64,000 nucleotides of DNA from a virus (Duplodnaviria > Caudoviricetes): the IMG/VR virus record IMGVR_UViG_2786546475_000015, positions 64,001-128,000 of that record. One strand, 5' to 3'. Numbering within the stretch: position 1 is the first letter of the stretch; each line of letters starts with the position of its first letter. The position numbers were made by a program, and so were the translations under genes. A model generated the notes under the pieces. That model saw only the letters and a list, made by a program, of their open reading frames with translations, searched no databases and was not told the origin of the DNA. This document shows positions 29,030 through 38,498 of this stretch, in pieces.

Positions 29030-29559
29030 TGAAATTTAATTTGATTATGGCTGTTGATTTTGCCGATAATATCGGTAAGGGCGATGGTTTACCTTGGAAA
29101 CAAAAAGCTGATATGATTCGATTCGTAGAACTTACAGACGGTCATACCGTTGTCATGGGGCGTAAGACGTTTGAATCAATCGGCAAAAAATTACCAAATC
29201 GCATTAATTTGGTTGTCACATCCGAACCAGAAAAAATGGAAGAAAAGTATGGCGACCAAGGTTTAAGTTTAATATTTCTCAATTTCGAATCGCTGAAAGA
29301 ATTTCTTGATACTACTAGTTTCACAAAAGATAAGGTATTCTTCATTGGTGGTCGTTCCATTTGGGAATGGGCTTTTGAAAATGGGTATGCGGAATGTGTT
29401 TACCTAACTACCGTATGTAATGCGCGGGTTGATTTAGGTGATATCAAATATCCAGAAATTAGCGAGCGAATAAAAGAATACGATGTTGTTTACGATTTGT
29501 TTGCAACACAAGACAAAGACAATGATTTCAATTGCCGATTCTACAAGTTGAAACTATGA
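29029..29559 (+). CDS. frd: dihydrofolate reductase
   Basis: IGKGDGLPW..DM..F, VVMGRKTFESI..LPNR.N.V, FIGG. Confidence 0.93.
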   Translation: MKFNLIMAVDFADNIGKGDGLPWKQKADMIRFVELTDGHTVVMGRKTFESIGKKLPNRINLVVTSEPEKMEEKYGDQGLSLIFLNFESLKEFLDTTSFTKDKVFFIGGRSIWEWAFENGYAECVYLTTVCNARVDLGDIKYPEISERIKEYDVVYDLFATQDKDNDFNCRFYKLKL

Positions 29560-30044
29560 AACTGATTTTATTACTATTATCATTACTATCATTCAATGCG
29601 GTCGCTTCGTGTACCGCATTTGATTTCAATCAACGTAACGTATTACAACGTGCATATGATTATGGCGTTGAATATGATATGGGTTGGTCTTTAGCGGCTA
29701 TCGCATGGAAAGAATCAAGCGCTGGTCGTAATATGGCTAATTGGAATGATCCAAGTGTTGGTGTATTTCATAACCTATTAAAGTCGGTAGCTAAACGCGA
29801 GGGTGTATACGGTAACGAGGAAAAAGAAGTTATTCTAATCGTACGTCTTATGCACGAATTTGAGTTTAGTGCTAAACACGCTGTTCTAGAATTGAAATAT
29901 TGGCAGAAACAATACGGTAAAGATTGGCGAAAAATTTGGTCAAGTTATAACGCTGGCTGGAATTGGTTCAATGGAATTAAATACAGCGATGATATCGCTA
30001 ACAAAATTCAATATTTAAAACGAAATAAATGTATTAAGGTATGA
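29556..30044 (+). CDS. vs.1: SLT-domain lytic transglycosylase-like protein with signal peptide
   Basis: LAAIAWKESSAG, EL.YW, SSYNAGWN..G.KY. Confidence 0.8.
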   Translation: MKLILLLLSLLSFNAVASCTAFDFNQRNVLQRAYDYGVEYDMGWSLAAIAWKESSAGRNMANWNDPSVGVFHNLLKSVAKREGVYGNEEKEVILIVRLMHEFEFSAKHAVLELKYWQKQYGKDWRKIWSSYNAGWNWFNGIKYSDDIANKIQYLKRNKCIKV

Positions 30045-30045
30045 T

Positions 30046-30468
30046 ATGATTAAGAATTTTATATCGAGTTACGCCCTACCTATTATAATTGGTATACTAT
30101 TATCTACTGGTGGCGCGTTGTGGTGGCAATCGTTAAAAATAGATGATTTAAACCAAACGATTAAGACTCAATCGAACAAAATTTCTGAATTAAATACCGC
30201 CAACGAAAATATGAGGGCGACTATTAATAATTTAGAATCAGATATCGAAACAGAGAAAGCTAAATTAGCTGATGTAAGCGATTTAAATCGCGAATACGAG
30301 CAAAAGTTACGTGATTCACAAGAACAGTTGGAACAAGCTAAAGGTCGTCAAGAGATTGTTTGGAAAAAACCGACATTAGTTCAACGCATGATACGTTCTA
30401 ATTATAGTGATTTCGTAAATCAACTATCATGTATAACAGGGGCTAAAGAAAAATGTTCAGAGCAATAA
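30046..30468 (+). CDS. inner-membrane spanin (Rz-like, pseT.3 position)
   Basis: N-terminal TM, coiled coil, KP.LV. Confidence 0.8.
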   Translation: MIKNFISSYALPIIIGILLSTGGALWWQSLKIDDLNQTIKTQSNKISELNTANENMRATINNLESDIETEKAKLADVSDLNREYEQKLRDSQEQLEQAKGRQEIVWKKPTLVQRMIRSNYSDFVNQLSCITGAKEKCSEQ

Positions 30469-30830
30469 TTTTAATATCTACTCTATTACTTGGTTCATGT
30501 TCTATATTAACACCAGAACCAGAAGTGATTAGAGATACAGAATACGTAGAAAAGCCTTTACTACATCCAGATATGCCTAGACCACTACGTGCGTATAATC
30601 CCGATTGGATGGTTATTACAAAAGAAACGATAGCAGAACAACCAGATAATTTTGTGGCTCAAGGTCTTGAATGGGATCAAGGACAAGAATACGCTATTTG
30701 GTTAGAAGATGTTAAGCGTTATATCAATCAATTATTATTGGTTGCTTGTTCTTATCGTGGTGAATTAGATGAACAAGTTTGTGATAACGTAAAAAAGAAA
30801 CAAAAAGAGGTTGAAAATGATTCCAAGTAA
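30453..30830 (+). CDS. outer-membrane lipoprotein spanin (Rz1-like, pseT.2 position)
   Basis: Lipobox LLGSC; DVKRYI..C.YR..L. Confidence 0.8.
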   Translation: MFRAIILISTLLLGSCSILTPEPEVIRDTEYVEKPLLHPDMPRPLRAYNPDWMVITKETIAEQPDNFVAQGLEWDQGQEYAIWLEDVKRYINQLLLVACSYRGELDEQVCDNVKKKQKEVENDSK

Positions 30831-31035
30831 AGGTACTATTATAAAAATACCAGAAAATACCATCGGTTACATTAAACGTTCTACCGACAATCGCGTTGAT
30901 TACGAGATTCAAGTAGGCAAAGATTCTTATCTATGTACCGAATTTTCTGTAAAAGGAACTACTTACATTAAAGATGGATTATTTAAAGTAGTAGGTAGTA
31001 TTGAAATTCAGAAAACTTTAAAAACAGCGAAGTGA
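30817..31035 (+). CDS. hypothetical protein
   Basis: GAGG RBS. Confidence 0.5.
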   Translation: MIPSKGTIIKIPENTIGYIKRSTDNRVDYEIQVGKDSYLCTEFSVKGTTYIKDGLFKVVGSIEIQKTLKTAK

Positions 31036-31038
31036 TAT

Positions 31039-31992
31039 ATGAATAAATTTATTATGCTTACCGTGGGTGCAAGTTCTAGCGGTAAAACTAGTGATGTATT
31101 AAGTCGGTTTAAGAAAGAAATTAAAAGCGGTGAAGTAGTAAACGTTAATCGCGACGATATTCGTTTTGGGTTGTTTACTGATGGTGAACGCGATTGGACA
31201 CGTTACAAGTTCAATAAGAAAAATGAAGCATTGGTTACTACGGAACAAGATGAACGTATCCAAAAAGCCATTGATAACGAACAAAGTATCATTATCAGTG
31301 ATACCAACTTGAATCCGAAAATTCGTCAAAAGTTCTATGAATTAGCACAAAAGCATGATTACGATATTTTTGAGTACAATTATCATGTATCATGGGATGA
31401 ATTAGTTAAACGTAATGCACAACGTTATGGTGGCGTTAACGAATCACTGTTATGGTCTATGTTCAAACGGATGTGTCGGTATACTTGCATTTATCCGTCT
31501 AAGAAAGAGCAGTTTCAGTTTGAATCATACAAAGAAGAACCAACGTTAGACAGTACTATTATTGTTGATATGGATGGTACGACTTGCGACATGACAGGTA
31601 TTCGTAAGCCTTATGAATGGCATAAAGTAAGTCAAGATCGTCCACGTCATGAAATCATCGATATGGTTCGTGGATTGGCTATGACTACTGGACATGTTAC
31701 GTTTTTGTCTGGTCGCGATGGTCAATGTTATGACGATACATGGGATTATATTGATACCCATATCATGACAGACGATATGAAACGTTTGGATATTAAATGG
31801 GATCTTTATATGCGCGAAGAAGGCGATCAACGTAAAGACGATATCGTTAAATACGAACTTTACGATGAATTTATTCGCGGTCGCTTCAATGTTAGCGCGG
31901 TATTCGATGATCGCAAAAGCGTAATCCGTATGTGGAGCGCAATCGGTCTACCGAATATAGTAGATGTTGGTTCGTATAATGTCGAATTCTGA
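31039..31992 (+). CDS. pseT: polynucleotide 5'-kinase / 3'-phosphatase
   Basis: GASSSGKT, NRDDIR, DMDGT, SGR, FDDR. Confidence 0.93.
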   Translation: MNKFIMLTVGASSSGKTSDVLSRFKKEIKSGEVVNVNRDDIRFGLFTDGERDWTRYKFNKKNEALVTTEQDERIQKAIDNEQSIIISDTNLNPKIRQKFYELAQKHDYDIFEYNYHVSWDELVKRNAQRYGGVNESLLWSMFKRMCRYTCIYPSKKEQFQFESYKEEPTLDSTIIVDMDGTTCDMTGIRKPYEWHKVSQDRPRHEIIDMVRGLAMTTGHVTFLSGRDGQCYDDTWDYIDTHIMTDDMKRLDIKWDLYMREEGDQRKDDIVKYELYDEFIRGRFNVSAVFDDRKSVIRMWSAIGLPNIVDVGSYNVEF

Positions 31993-32419
31993 TTTAGGTA
32001 ATTGTCCAGAATGTGGTGGTGAATTAGTAGAACATATTCCTAAAGAATTGGAAGATATTTCATGTTCTTGCCATATTTCACCACCATGTTCTAAGTGTGT
32101 ATCAATAGGTCGATACGGTTTATGTAAAAAATGCGACGATATCATCGATTTTATGGATAGCGATTGGGATAAACCAAAGTCAAAACCGAGTCGCGGTATT
32201 TCAGACCGATATATTAGAAAACCCCGTACTATCGACGATTTAGAAGATGGGGTATTCGACTATATCAGCGAACCAAAGTACGCACGTACTGATTATGTTG
32301 GTAAATATCCAAAAGGTATGACCGCTGACGAACTTTTGGGTAAGTTTAATACCTGTTTTGGGTATCGTGGTTTTAGTATGAAAGATGAGCGGTTTCGTTT
32401 AACTGTTCATACAGATTGA
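31979..32419 (+). CDS. Cys-rich (Zn-finger) hypothetical protein
   Basis: CPECGG, CSCHISPPC..C, CKKC; start uncertain. Confidence 0.6.
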   Translation: MSNSDLGNCPECGGELVEHIPKELEDISCSCHISPPCSKCVSIGRYGLCKKCDDIIDFMDSDWDKPKSKPSRGISDRYIRKPRTIDDLEDGVFDYISEPKYARTDYVGKYPKGMTADELLGKFNTCFGYRGFSMKDERFRLTVHTD

Positions 32420-32426
32420 GGTTATT

Positions 32427-33299
32427 ATGGAAACAAAATTTACTAAAGACGGTCGTAAAGTAGCGGTCGTCGGTCAATTGAATAAAACTGAATATATCGT
32501 TCAAGAGATTTTTGTTACCGATGATGGTGATGAAATTCCACAAGGCGAGCGGTTTACAGCTTCAAGTCTTTTAGACAAACCGTTGTTGTCTTATAAAGCG
32601 AAAGAAGAACAGCGTGTTTTAAAAAGCTTGGAAGAATTAAAGGCTACATACGATAAAAAAGAAAAACAGCTTCGTGATTTGGAACAACGTCGAAAAGGCG
32701 CGGCAGAATGGATGAAACAAATCGATTTGTCGATTAAAAATTTACCTAATTTCGATTACGACTTCTTTTGTGATTTCGTGTGTGGTAATTTTAAATACGC
32801 GATTCATGTGGATTATAAAGGTAATCCGTCTAAATATTCTAGGCGTGGTTTTATTCACGATGACATGGTTGATGTATTCCTTAGATTCGAACGTAATTCA
32901 TGGAGTGGTATAGATCAATTCGACATGGTTCGTTTGTTATCCGTAGTCGGTAAATCGGACGGAAAACTAGATTATCGTATTAATCAATACAGCGATGGTA
33001 GTGGTAGTTGCAATAATGAATACGTTTTCTTCAAAACACGCGAAGAAATGGAATCGTGGGTTCTTGAATATATCGATAAAGTCTATCAAGAAGATGAATT
33101 GGAAGAAAAACACTTCGACTTAATGGACGAAGTAGGTTTAGAAATTCCAGAACATTATGTTCAGAATTGGTATGACAAGCAAATACATCATATCCGTGGT
33201 AGCGAATTAAGTGAAATTGAAAGCGTTAGAGAACGATACAAAAATCGTAAAGAATCTATCGAGGAACGGTTAAAACGTGCCACAAACAAAAGTAGTTAA
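32427..33299 (+). CDS. hypothetical protein with coiled coil
   Basis: GAGG RBS; 290 aa. Confidence 0.7.
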   Translation: METKFTKDGRKVAVVGQLNKTEYIVQEIFVTDDGDEIPQGERFTASSLLDKPLLSYKAKEEQRVLKSLEELKATYDKKEKQLRDLEQRRKGAAEWMKQIDLSIKNLPNFDYDFFCDFVCGNFKYAIHVDYKGNPSKYSRRGFIHDDMVDVFLRFERNSWSGIDQFDMVRLLSVVGKSDGKLDYRINQYSDGSGSCNNEYVFFKTREEMESWVLEYIDKVYQEDELEEKHFDLMDEVGLEIPEHYVQNWYDKQIHHIRGSELSEIESVRERYKNRKESIEERLKRATNKSS

Positions 33300-33546
33300 C
33301 GTTAATCGCGATCAGTATGATGTATATATTGGTCGCGGTTCTATTTGGGGTAACCCATTTCGTATTGGCGTTGACGGTACTAGAAAAGAAGTTATCGATA
33401 AATATCGGATTTACCTTGAAAATAACGAAAAACTGTTGTATCATCTACAAACATTGAGAGGGAAACGTCTTGGTTGTTATTGTAAACCAAAAGATTGTCA
33501 TGGTGATGTGATAGTAAATACACTAAATAACGTTTTAGGTATATAA
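33277..33546 (+). CDS. DUF4326-like protein
   Basis: YIGRGS.WGNPF..G.R..VI, L.GK.LGCYC.P..CHGDV. Confidence 0.8.
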   Translation: MPQTKVVNVNRDQYDVYIGRGSIWGNPFRIGVDGTRKEVIDKYRIYLENNEKLLYHLQTLRGKRLGCYCKPKDCHGDVIVNTLNNVLGI

Positions 33547-33549
33547 ATA
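33542..33549 (+). promoter_or_regulatory. T4-type late promoter
   Basis: TATAAATA 27 nt upstream of 33576. Confidence 0.75.
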
Positions 33550-33575
33550 AAGGTAATAATAAAAATAGGTGTATT

Positions 33576-34264
33576 ATGTTTAAAGAATATTTAATAGAGA
33601 ACAGTTATTTATACGAAAACGCGTTACTAAAGGCAGATAAAAGAGTTAGAAATTTCGAAAAGACTAAGTTAAATATGGATGTAGGTGAAGCGGAAAAAGA
33701 AGTTGAATCTATCATACAAGATTATCAGGATGCAATTAATAAGGCGCTGAAATCATTTGAATCGTTATTAAAGAAATCCACTAAACGATATAATAACGTT
33801 AAAATTTTAACAGATGTTAAGTCAGTTTCATCTATCATCGATAAAGTAATAAGTCGTAAGAAGTCGTTTATAGGAATGTCTGACATTGTTCGCGGAGCGG
33901 TTCTTTTCGATAACCAAGAAGATTTGGATGACTTTACAAAAAGATTCCCGCGTAAATACAGTTCTTATATACAAGGTCATAAATCCAAAAAATGGGTTCT
34001 GATCCAACGTATGGTTATTATGGTTCTGAACACTTTTCATTAGATATAGAAGGGTTTACCATAGAACTACAAGCTATGACGCAAAAACTATGGCATTATA
34101 AATCATACGCTCATGACATATATAATAAAACACGTTCGAAAGGGAAAGTATCTAAAGAAGATATGTACATGTCTAAGAAATTATTTAAATTAGGTAACAA
34201 ACCCAAGTACGTTAAAGAAGATCATGAATTATTAAGCTATCAAGGATGGACAATTCTAGATTAG
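33576..34264 (+). CDS. RelA/SpoT-like small alarmone synthetase with CTS-like N-terminus, split by a -1 frameshift at A6 (33987-33992)
   Basis: ORF1: VKS..SI.DK and D.VRG; ORF2: GYYGS.H, IELQ, H.IY; one extra A joins them into about 229 aa. Confidence 0.7.
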
Positions 34265-34279
34265 CGTATAGGATGCTTT

Positions 34280-34654
34280 ATGAAAATTATTGATAATGGT
34301 TTAAGTTACAGACTTACTTACACAGAAAATGAATGGCTTTTGACTCTAATCAACACCAAAGTAGGTTCTGATTATTTAATTAAAAGGGATTTCTTCTTTT
34401 ATGGTGAAGATGACGACGAGTATGTGAGTGATGTTGATGTAAAAGCTAATGTATTTTCGTTGTCTAGAAAGGTATTAGCCGTAATTAACAAGAAAATGTC
34501 TACACAAAAACCACAATACTTTTTCTTCAAAGCATCTACGGAGCGTAAAAAGGCGATATACAAAAGAATGGCATTAAGATTAGAAAAAATGTTTAACGGT
34601 TTGTATAAGCTAGACATTAACGATTCGTACTTCTACTTTTTTAGGAATATTTAA
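34280..34654 (+). CDS. hypothetical protein
   Basis: AGGA RBS; lies between synthetase and hydrolase. Confidence 0.6.
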   Translation: MKIIDNGLSYRLTYTENEWLLTLINTKVGSDYLIKRDFFFYGEDDDEYVSDVDVKANVFSLSRKVLAVINKKMSTQKPQYFFFKASTERKKAIYKRMALRLEKMFNGLYKLDINDSYFYFFRNI

Positions 34655-34656
34655 TA

Positions 34657-34726
34657 AAAGCCCTTGCATTGCAGGGGCTTTTCTGTATAATAGGGGTTGT
34701 TGAGTTGAGAGATAACCTTTAAGGAG
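34657..34726 (+). promoter_or_regulatory. PeSL-like cassette, copy 3
   Basis: AAAAGCCCTTGCATTGCAGGGGCTTTT; TTGCAT-16-TATAAT; AAGGAG. Confidence 0.8.
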
Positions 34727-34731
34727 TTTTG

Positions 34732-35193
34732 ATGTTTCCGCATTTAGTAGATAAAGCCGTTGAGTTTGCCTTTGATCATCATTTTGGTCAGACTGATAAA
34801 GCTGGTGCGAATTACATTTTTCACCCAAAAGCAGTTGCTAAATTTGTTGAAGAAATGGGTTATGGTGATGAATACGTTACTGTTGCTTGGTTGCATGATG
34901 TAGTTGAAGATTGTGATGTAACCGTTGATGAAATCCGCGAAATCTTTGGTGATTGTATTGCCGATGCTGTTGATGCTGTTACTAAACGCAAGTCAGGAAA
35001 TGAGAAATACGCCGATTACATGGCGCGTGTTAAAGCCAATCCAATTGCTACTGTTGTTAAATTATGTGATTACAAACACAACATGGATTTGAGTCGTTTG
35101 AAAGAAGTTGATGAAGTCGCGATTAGTCGTTATGAAAAATATGCTAAGAACAGTGCGCGTCTTTGGAAACATAAATTGAAAATGGGGTGGTAA
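34732..35193 (+). CDS. HD-domain (p)ppGpp hydrolase-like protein (small alarmone hydrolase/Mesh1-like)
   Basis: H.GQ.DK.G..YI.HP..VA, AWLHDVVED, F.....V.AVT, VKL.D..HN. Confidence 0.85.
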   Translation: MFPHLVDKAVEFAFDHHFGQTDKAGANYIFHPKAVAKFVEEMGYGDEYVTVAWLHDVVEDCDVTVDEIREIFGDCIADAVDAVTKRKSGNEKYADYMARVKANPIATVVKLCDYKHNMDLSRLKEVDEVAISRYEKYAKNSARLWKHKLKMGW

Positions 35194-35402
35194 TGTTTGA
35201 AGTTAACGATCGAGTAAAAACTAAGTTCGGGAACGGTACTATTGAATATTTTGAAATATTAGCCGAGAAATGTTATTTCGTAACCAAATTGGATGATGAT
35301 ATTAAGAATTATCGTATTTGTGTTCGCCTTGATGAAGGTCATACATGGGCTTTTAAAGACCAGTTATGCTGTTTTTATGAGTCCGAATTGGAGTTGATGT
35401 GA
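35193..35402 (+). CDS. hypothetical SH3-like protein
   Basis: F.VNDRV.T..G.GTI ... ESELE. Confidence 0.55.
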   Translation: MFEVNDRVKTKFGNGTIEYFEILAEKCYFVTKLDDDIKNYRICVRLDEGHTWAFKDQLCCFYESELELM

Positions 35403-35563
35403 AATACAAAATCGTTACTATGGAAACCACAAAAATCTATAACCCGTATTTAAAAGATGTAAGTCGTACATTTGAATCATATGAACAAGCCCAAAAATAT
35501 TTCAATTCGTCTATTGCAGTAGGTAATCAGATGTATTATACTATTGTTCCTGTCAGTGATTAA
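35399..35563 (+). CDS. hypothetical protein (54 aa, not in ORF track)
   Basis: GTGA overlap, GGAG RBS. Confidence 0.55.
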   Translation: MKYKIVTMETTKIYNPYLKDVSRTFESYEQAQKYFNSSIAVGNQMYYTIVPVSD

Positions 35564-35572
35564 GGAGTAGTA

Positions 35573-35758
35573 ATGAAAGTTAATGAAAAACGTTTAAAAG
35601 CAATGATTATGGACGCTCACGCCCACGATGGTCGAATTACTTGTGATTGGGTTGACCGTTACCTTGCTGAATTAGAAAAACGTGGCGAAGTGCTTTACAT
35701 GGAAAAGCCTTGGTACGCTAAAGAATTTGCTGAGTGGGTTATTGTCCACGAAGAATAA
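35573..35758 (+). CDS. hypothetical protein
   Basis: AAGGAG RBS. Confidence 0.6.
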   Translation: MKVNEKRLKAMIMDAHAHDGRITCDWVDRYLAELEKRGEVLYMEKPWYAKEFAEWVIVHEE

Positions 35759-35773
35759 TAAAATTGTTTCTTA

Positions 35774-35810
35774 GAAAGCCTAGTGTGATAAAATTGCACT
35801 AGGCTTTTTT
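35774..35810 (+). terminator. intrinsic terminator
   Basis: AAAGCCTAGTG..CACTAGGCTTTTTT. Confidence 0.7.
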
Positions 35811-35815
35811 GTTAT

Positions 35816-36082
35816 ATGGAATATGTTATGAGAGAAGAAACAAGAAACGACTGGATAGATATGCGTGATTCAGAAGAATCCCGAACTTATCACTTTCCAG
35901 AAAGGATTTTAGAAAATGGTACTATGATTCCAGCATATAGTTACTTTATTTCTAAACCATATCGATTACGTGTAAGTGGTAGTGGTAGTCACTTCGTAGA
36001 AAATGAAGATGGATTCCATTACATTTCCAAAGAATTCGATAATATTACTTGGAAAGGCAAATACGATTTTGATGTAAAATAG
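35816..36082 (+). CDS. hypothetical protein
   Basis: ORF; start uncertain. Confidence 0.55.
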   Translation: MEYVMREETRNDWIDMRDSEESRTYHFPERILENGTMIPAYSYFISKPYRLRVSGSGSHFVENEDGFHYISKEFDNITWKGKYDFDVK

Positions 36083-36110
36083 TTAGGCTTTTTTGTTATA
36101 TAGGTTAAAA

Positions 36111-36335
36111 ATGAACGTAGACAAACAAAAATTAATTGAGTTAATGAACGTTATGACTGAAAAGGTTAGAGCGTATGATAGTAGTTTAGGTATTACTATC
36201 CAAACATCACCAAGGGGTAATTTAGATTTCCATATCGTATACCCTAATGGGATGATATATCAAACATTCGAAATGGATTTTTCCGACGAAGAATACCCTA
36301 TGTGGTATGTAGTAAGGCATAAATATGAAAAATAA
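36111..36335 (+). CDS. hypothetical protein
   Basis: ATG after AGGT. Confidence 0.5.
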   Translation: MNVDKQKLIELMNVMTEKVRAYDSSLGITIQTSPRGNLDFHIVYPNGMIYQTFEMDFSDEEYPMWYVVRHKYEK

Positions 36336-36825
36336 ACACCAAATGATGATGAATATCGCCCATGAAATGGCGAGTCAGAGTAAATGTATAAGTAAGAATG
36401 TAGGCGCGGTTATCGCTAAAGATGGTCGTATTATCAGTACAGGCTATAATGGTACACCAAGCGGTTTACCCAATTGTTGTGATGTAGCCGAAGAAATTGG
36501 TTTTGGTCGTTTATATAGTGATCCGAATACATTAACAGTATCAACGCAAATGACTGATAGACCAAAACATAGTGCTTGGTCAGATCAAAACGAAATTCAT
36601 GCGGAGCAAAACGCGATTATATTTGCCGCTAAACACGGTGTAGCCGTACAAGGTTGTGTTATGTATGTCACACATTCACCATGCCCTACATGTTGTAAAA
36701 TAATCGCACAGAGTGGTATACAGACGGTCATTTATGATGAATTATATGATCGTAGTCCTAGTAATTGGGATAAAATCTTAAAAGACAAACAAATAGCGGT
36801 GTTCTCGCTACAAGAGGTTGTTTAA
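36325..36825 (+). CDS. cd: dCMP deaminase
   Basis: VGAVI..DGRIISTGYNG, HAEQNA, SPC..C. Confidence 0.95.
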   Translation: MKNKHQMMMNIAHEMASQSKCISKNVGAVIAKDGRIISTGYNGTPSGLPNCCDVAEEIGFGRLYSDPNTLTVSTQMTDRPKHSAWSDQNEIHAEQNAIIFAAKHGVAVQGCVMYVTHSPCPTCCKIIAQSGIQTVIYDELYDRSPSNWDKILKDKQIAVFSLQEVV

Positions 36826-38498
36826 TGCAGTTAACAAATGAACAGTTAATGGAAATTATACGCTATGCGTATGTAGAAAAAATGAGTAGTAGAAAAATCC
36901 AAGCGGTTACTGGTATTAGTAAAAGTGCTGTTAACCGTTTTCTTTCTAGAAAGACTTACAAAGAGTTTTGGGAAACCTACGACGAAAAACCACATGCGGG
37001 TGTTAATATTGATCCACCAGAACAAAGGCGTTCTACCCTACCAAAAGGTCGATACGTATTCACTTCGGCACAGAATAATAGTTATGTACATTTAGGGTTC
37101 TTGAACAGTCTTAAACATTTCTTAAAACAAAAAGATGCTGAACTAATTGTAGGCACTAATCTATACAATAAGAATGGATATCAGAACTTAGGTAAAGATC
37201 CATCAATTCAAGAAGATGAACGAGTATGGTTTGATCCTCATATCAAAGATTATATTAAAGACGAACAAAGCCAAGTAGCCGATAATCTATTGTGGTTAGG
37301 CGAATTGAACATGTCACCAACTAAAGTAAATCCGTTTAGTGGATTCTACAATTATACTAAACTTGAGAGTGGTATTATCCCACATAATAAAGTAAATTTA
37401 GAATCATTACCAGTACATAAGAAAGATCCAGCAAAATTCTTATACACTACTGGTAGTATTACAAGACCAAACTTTATTCAAAAAATAGCTGGTCAAAAAG
37501 CGGAATGGCATCATATTATTGGCGCACTTTACGTTGAAGTCGATGAAGATGGTGATTGGTTCGCACGTCAGTTACAAGCTGAATCAAGCACAGGTAATTT
37601 TTATGATTTAGAATATTACTATACCCCGAATGGTATAGAAAATCATATCGGAAAAAGCGTTGAAGCTATTAATTGGGGTGATTTACATTTCGAGAAGATT
37701 GATAAACAAGTAGCAGAAAACGCTTTTGGTGTTAAAGTACATAATAACCCTATGATGACTACTTTCAGTAAAATCGAAAATAATGGTAATATGCTGGATA
37801 CGTTAAGACCACGTTATCAATTTTGTCATGATACCGCCGATTTCACAACACGAAATCATCACAACATTAAAGATCCACATTTCAGATTCGAAATGTTTGC
37901 TAAGAATTATGACAGTGTACGCAACTCATTAACTGAATGCAGTAATGGTCTTAATGCTATGTGTCGGGATTTTTCTGAAACCGTTGTTGTTCAGAGTAAT
38001 CATGACGTAGCGTTGGAACGTTGGTTGAAGTCAGCCGATTATAGATTAGATCCACCAAACGCTGTATTCTTTTTAGAACGTCAATTAGCGGCGTACAAAG
38101 CGATAGAATCTGGTGATACCGATTACAATATTTTTGGTGACACGATGACAACGTTAACGCCACAACTAAAAGACCAAAAAATTACATTCTTAGGTACAGA
38201 TGAATCATTTAGATTATTTGACGAACATACTGGTATAGAATGTGGTTATCATGGTGATTTAGGTATTAACGGTTCGCGTGGTACGGCTAATGCCTATACT
38301 AAGATTGGTATTCGTGTTAATATTGGTCATAGCCATAGTGCTAAGATTAAAGACGGTGTTTATCAAGCGGGTGTAAGTGGTTTACTTGATATGGGATATA
38401 ACAAAGGTGCTTCAAGTTGGAGTCATAGCCATATCATCACATACAGAAATGGTAAACGTTGTATTGTCACAATGAAGAACGGTAAATGGAGAGCTTAA
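36825..38498 (+). CDS. T5 A1-like nuclease (metallophosphoesterase fold) with N-terminal HTH
   Basis: TSAQNN, YNKNGYQN, AGQKAE.H, WGDLH, HD..DF..RNHH, SNHD, G.NGSRG, GHSH, LDMGYN.GASSW, matching T5 A1 as recalled. Confidence 0.8.
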   Translation: MQLTNEQLMEIIRYAYVEKMSSRKIQAVTGISKSAVNRFLSRKTYKEFWETYDEKPHAGVNIDPPEQRRSTLPKGRYVFTSAQNNSYVHLGFLNSLKHFLKQKDAELIVGTNLYNKNGYQNLGKDPSIQEDERVWFDPHIKDYIKDEQSQVADNLLWLGELNMSPTKVNPFSGFYNYTKLESGIIPHNKVNLESLPVHKKDPAKFLYTTGSITRPNFIQKIAGQKAEWHHIIGALYVEVDEDGDWFARQLQAESSTGNFYDLEYYYTPNGIENHIGKSVEAINWGDLHFEKIDKQVAENAFGVKVHNNPMMTTFSKIENNGNMLDTLRPRYQFCHDTADFTTRNHHNIKDPHFRFEMFAKNYDSVRNSLTECSNGLNAMCRDFSETVVVQSNHDVALERWLKSADYRLDPPNAVFFLERQLAAYKAIESGDTDYNIFGDTMTTLTPQLKDQKITFLGTDESFRLFDEHTGIECGYHGDLGINGSRGTANAYTKIGIRVNIGHSHSAKIKDGVYQAGVSGLLDMGYNKGASSWSHSHIITYRNGKRCIVTMKNGKWRA

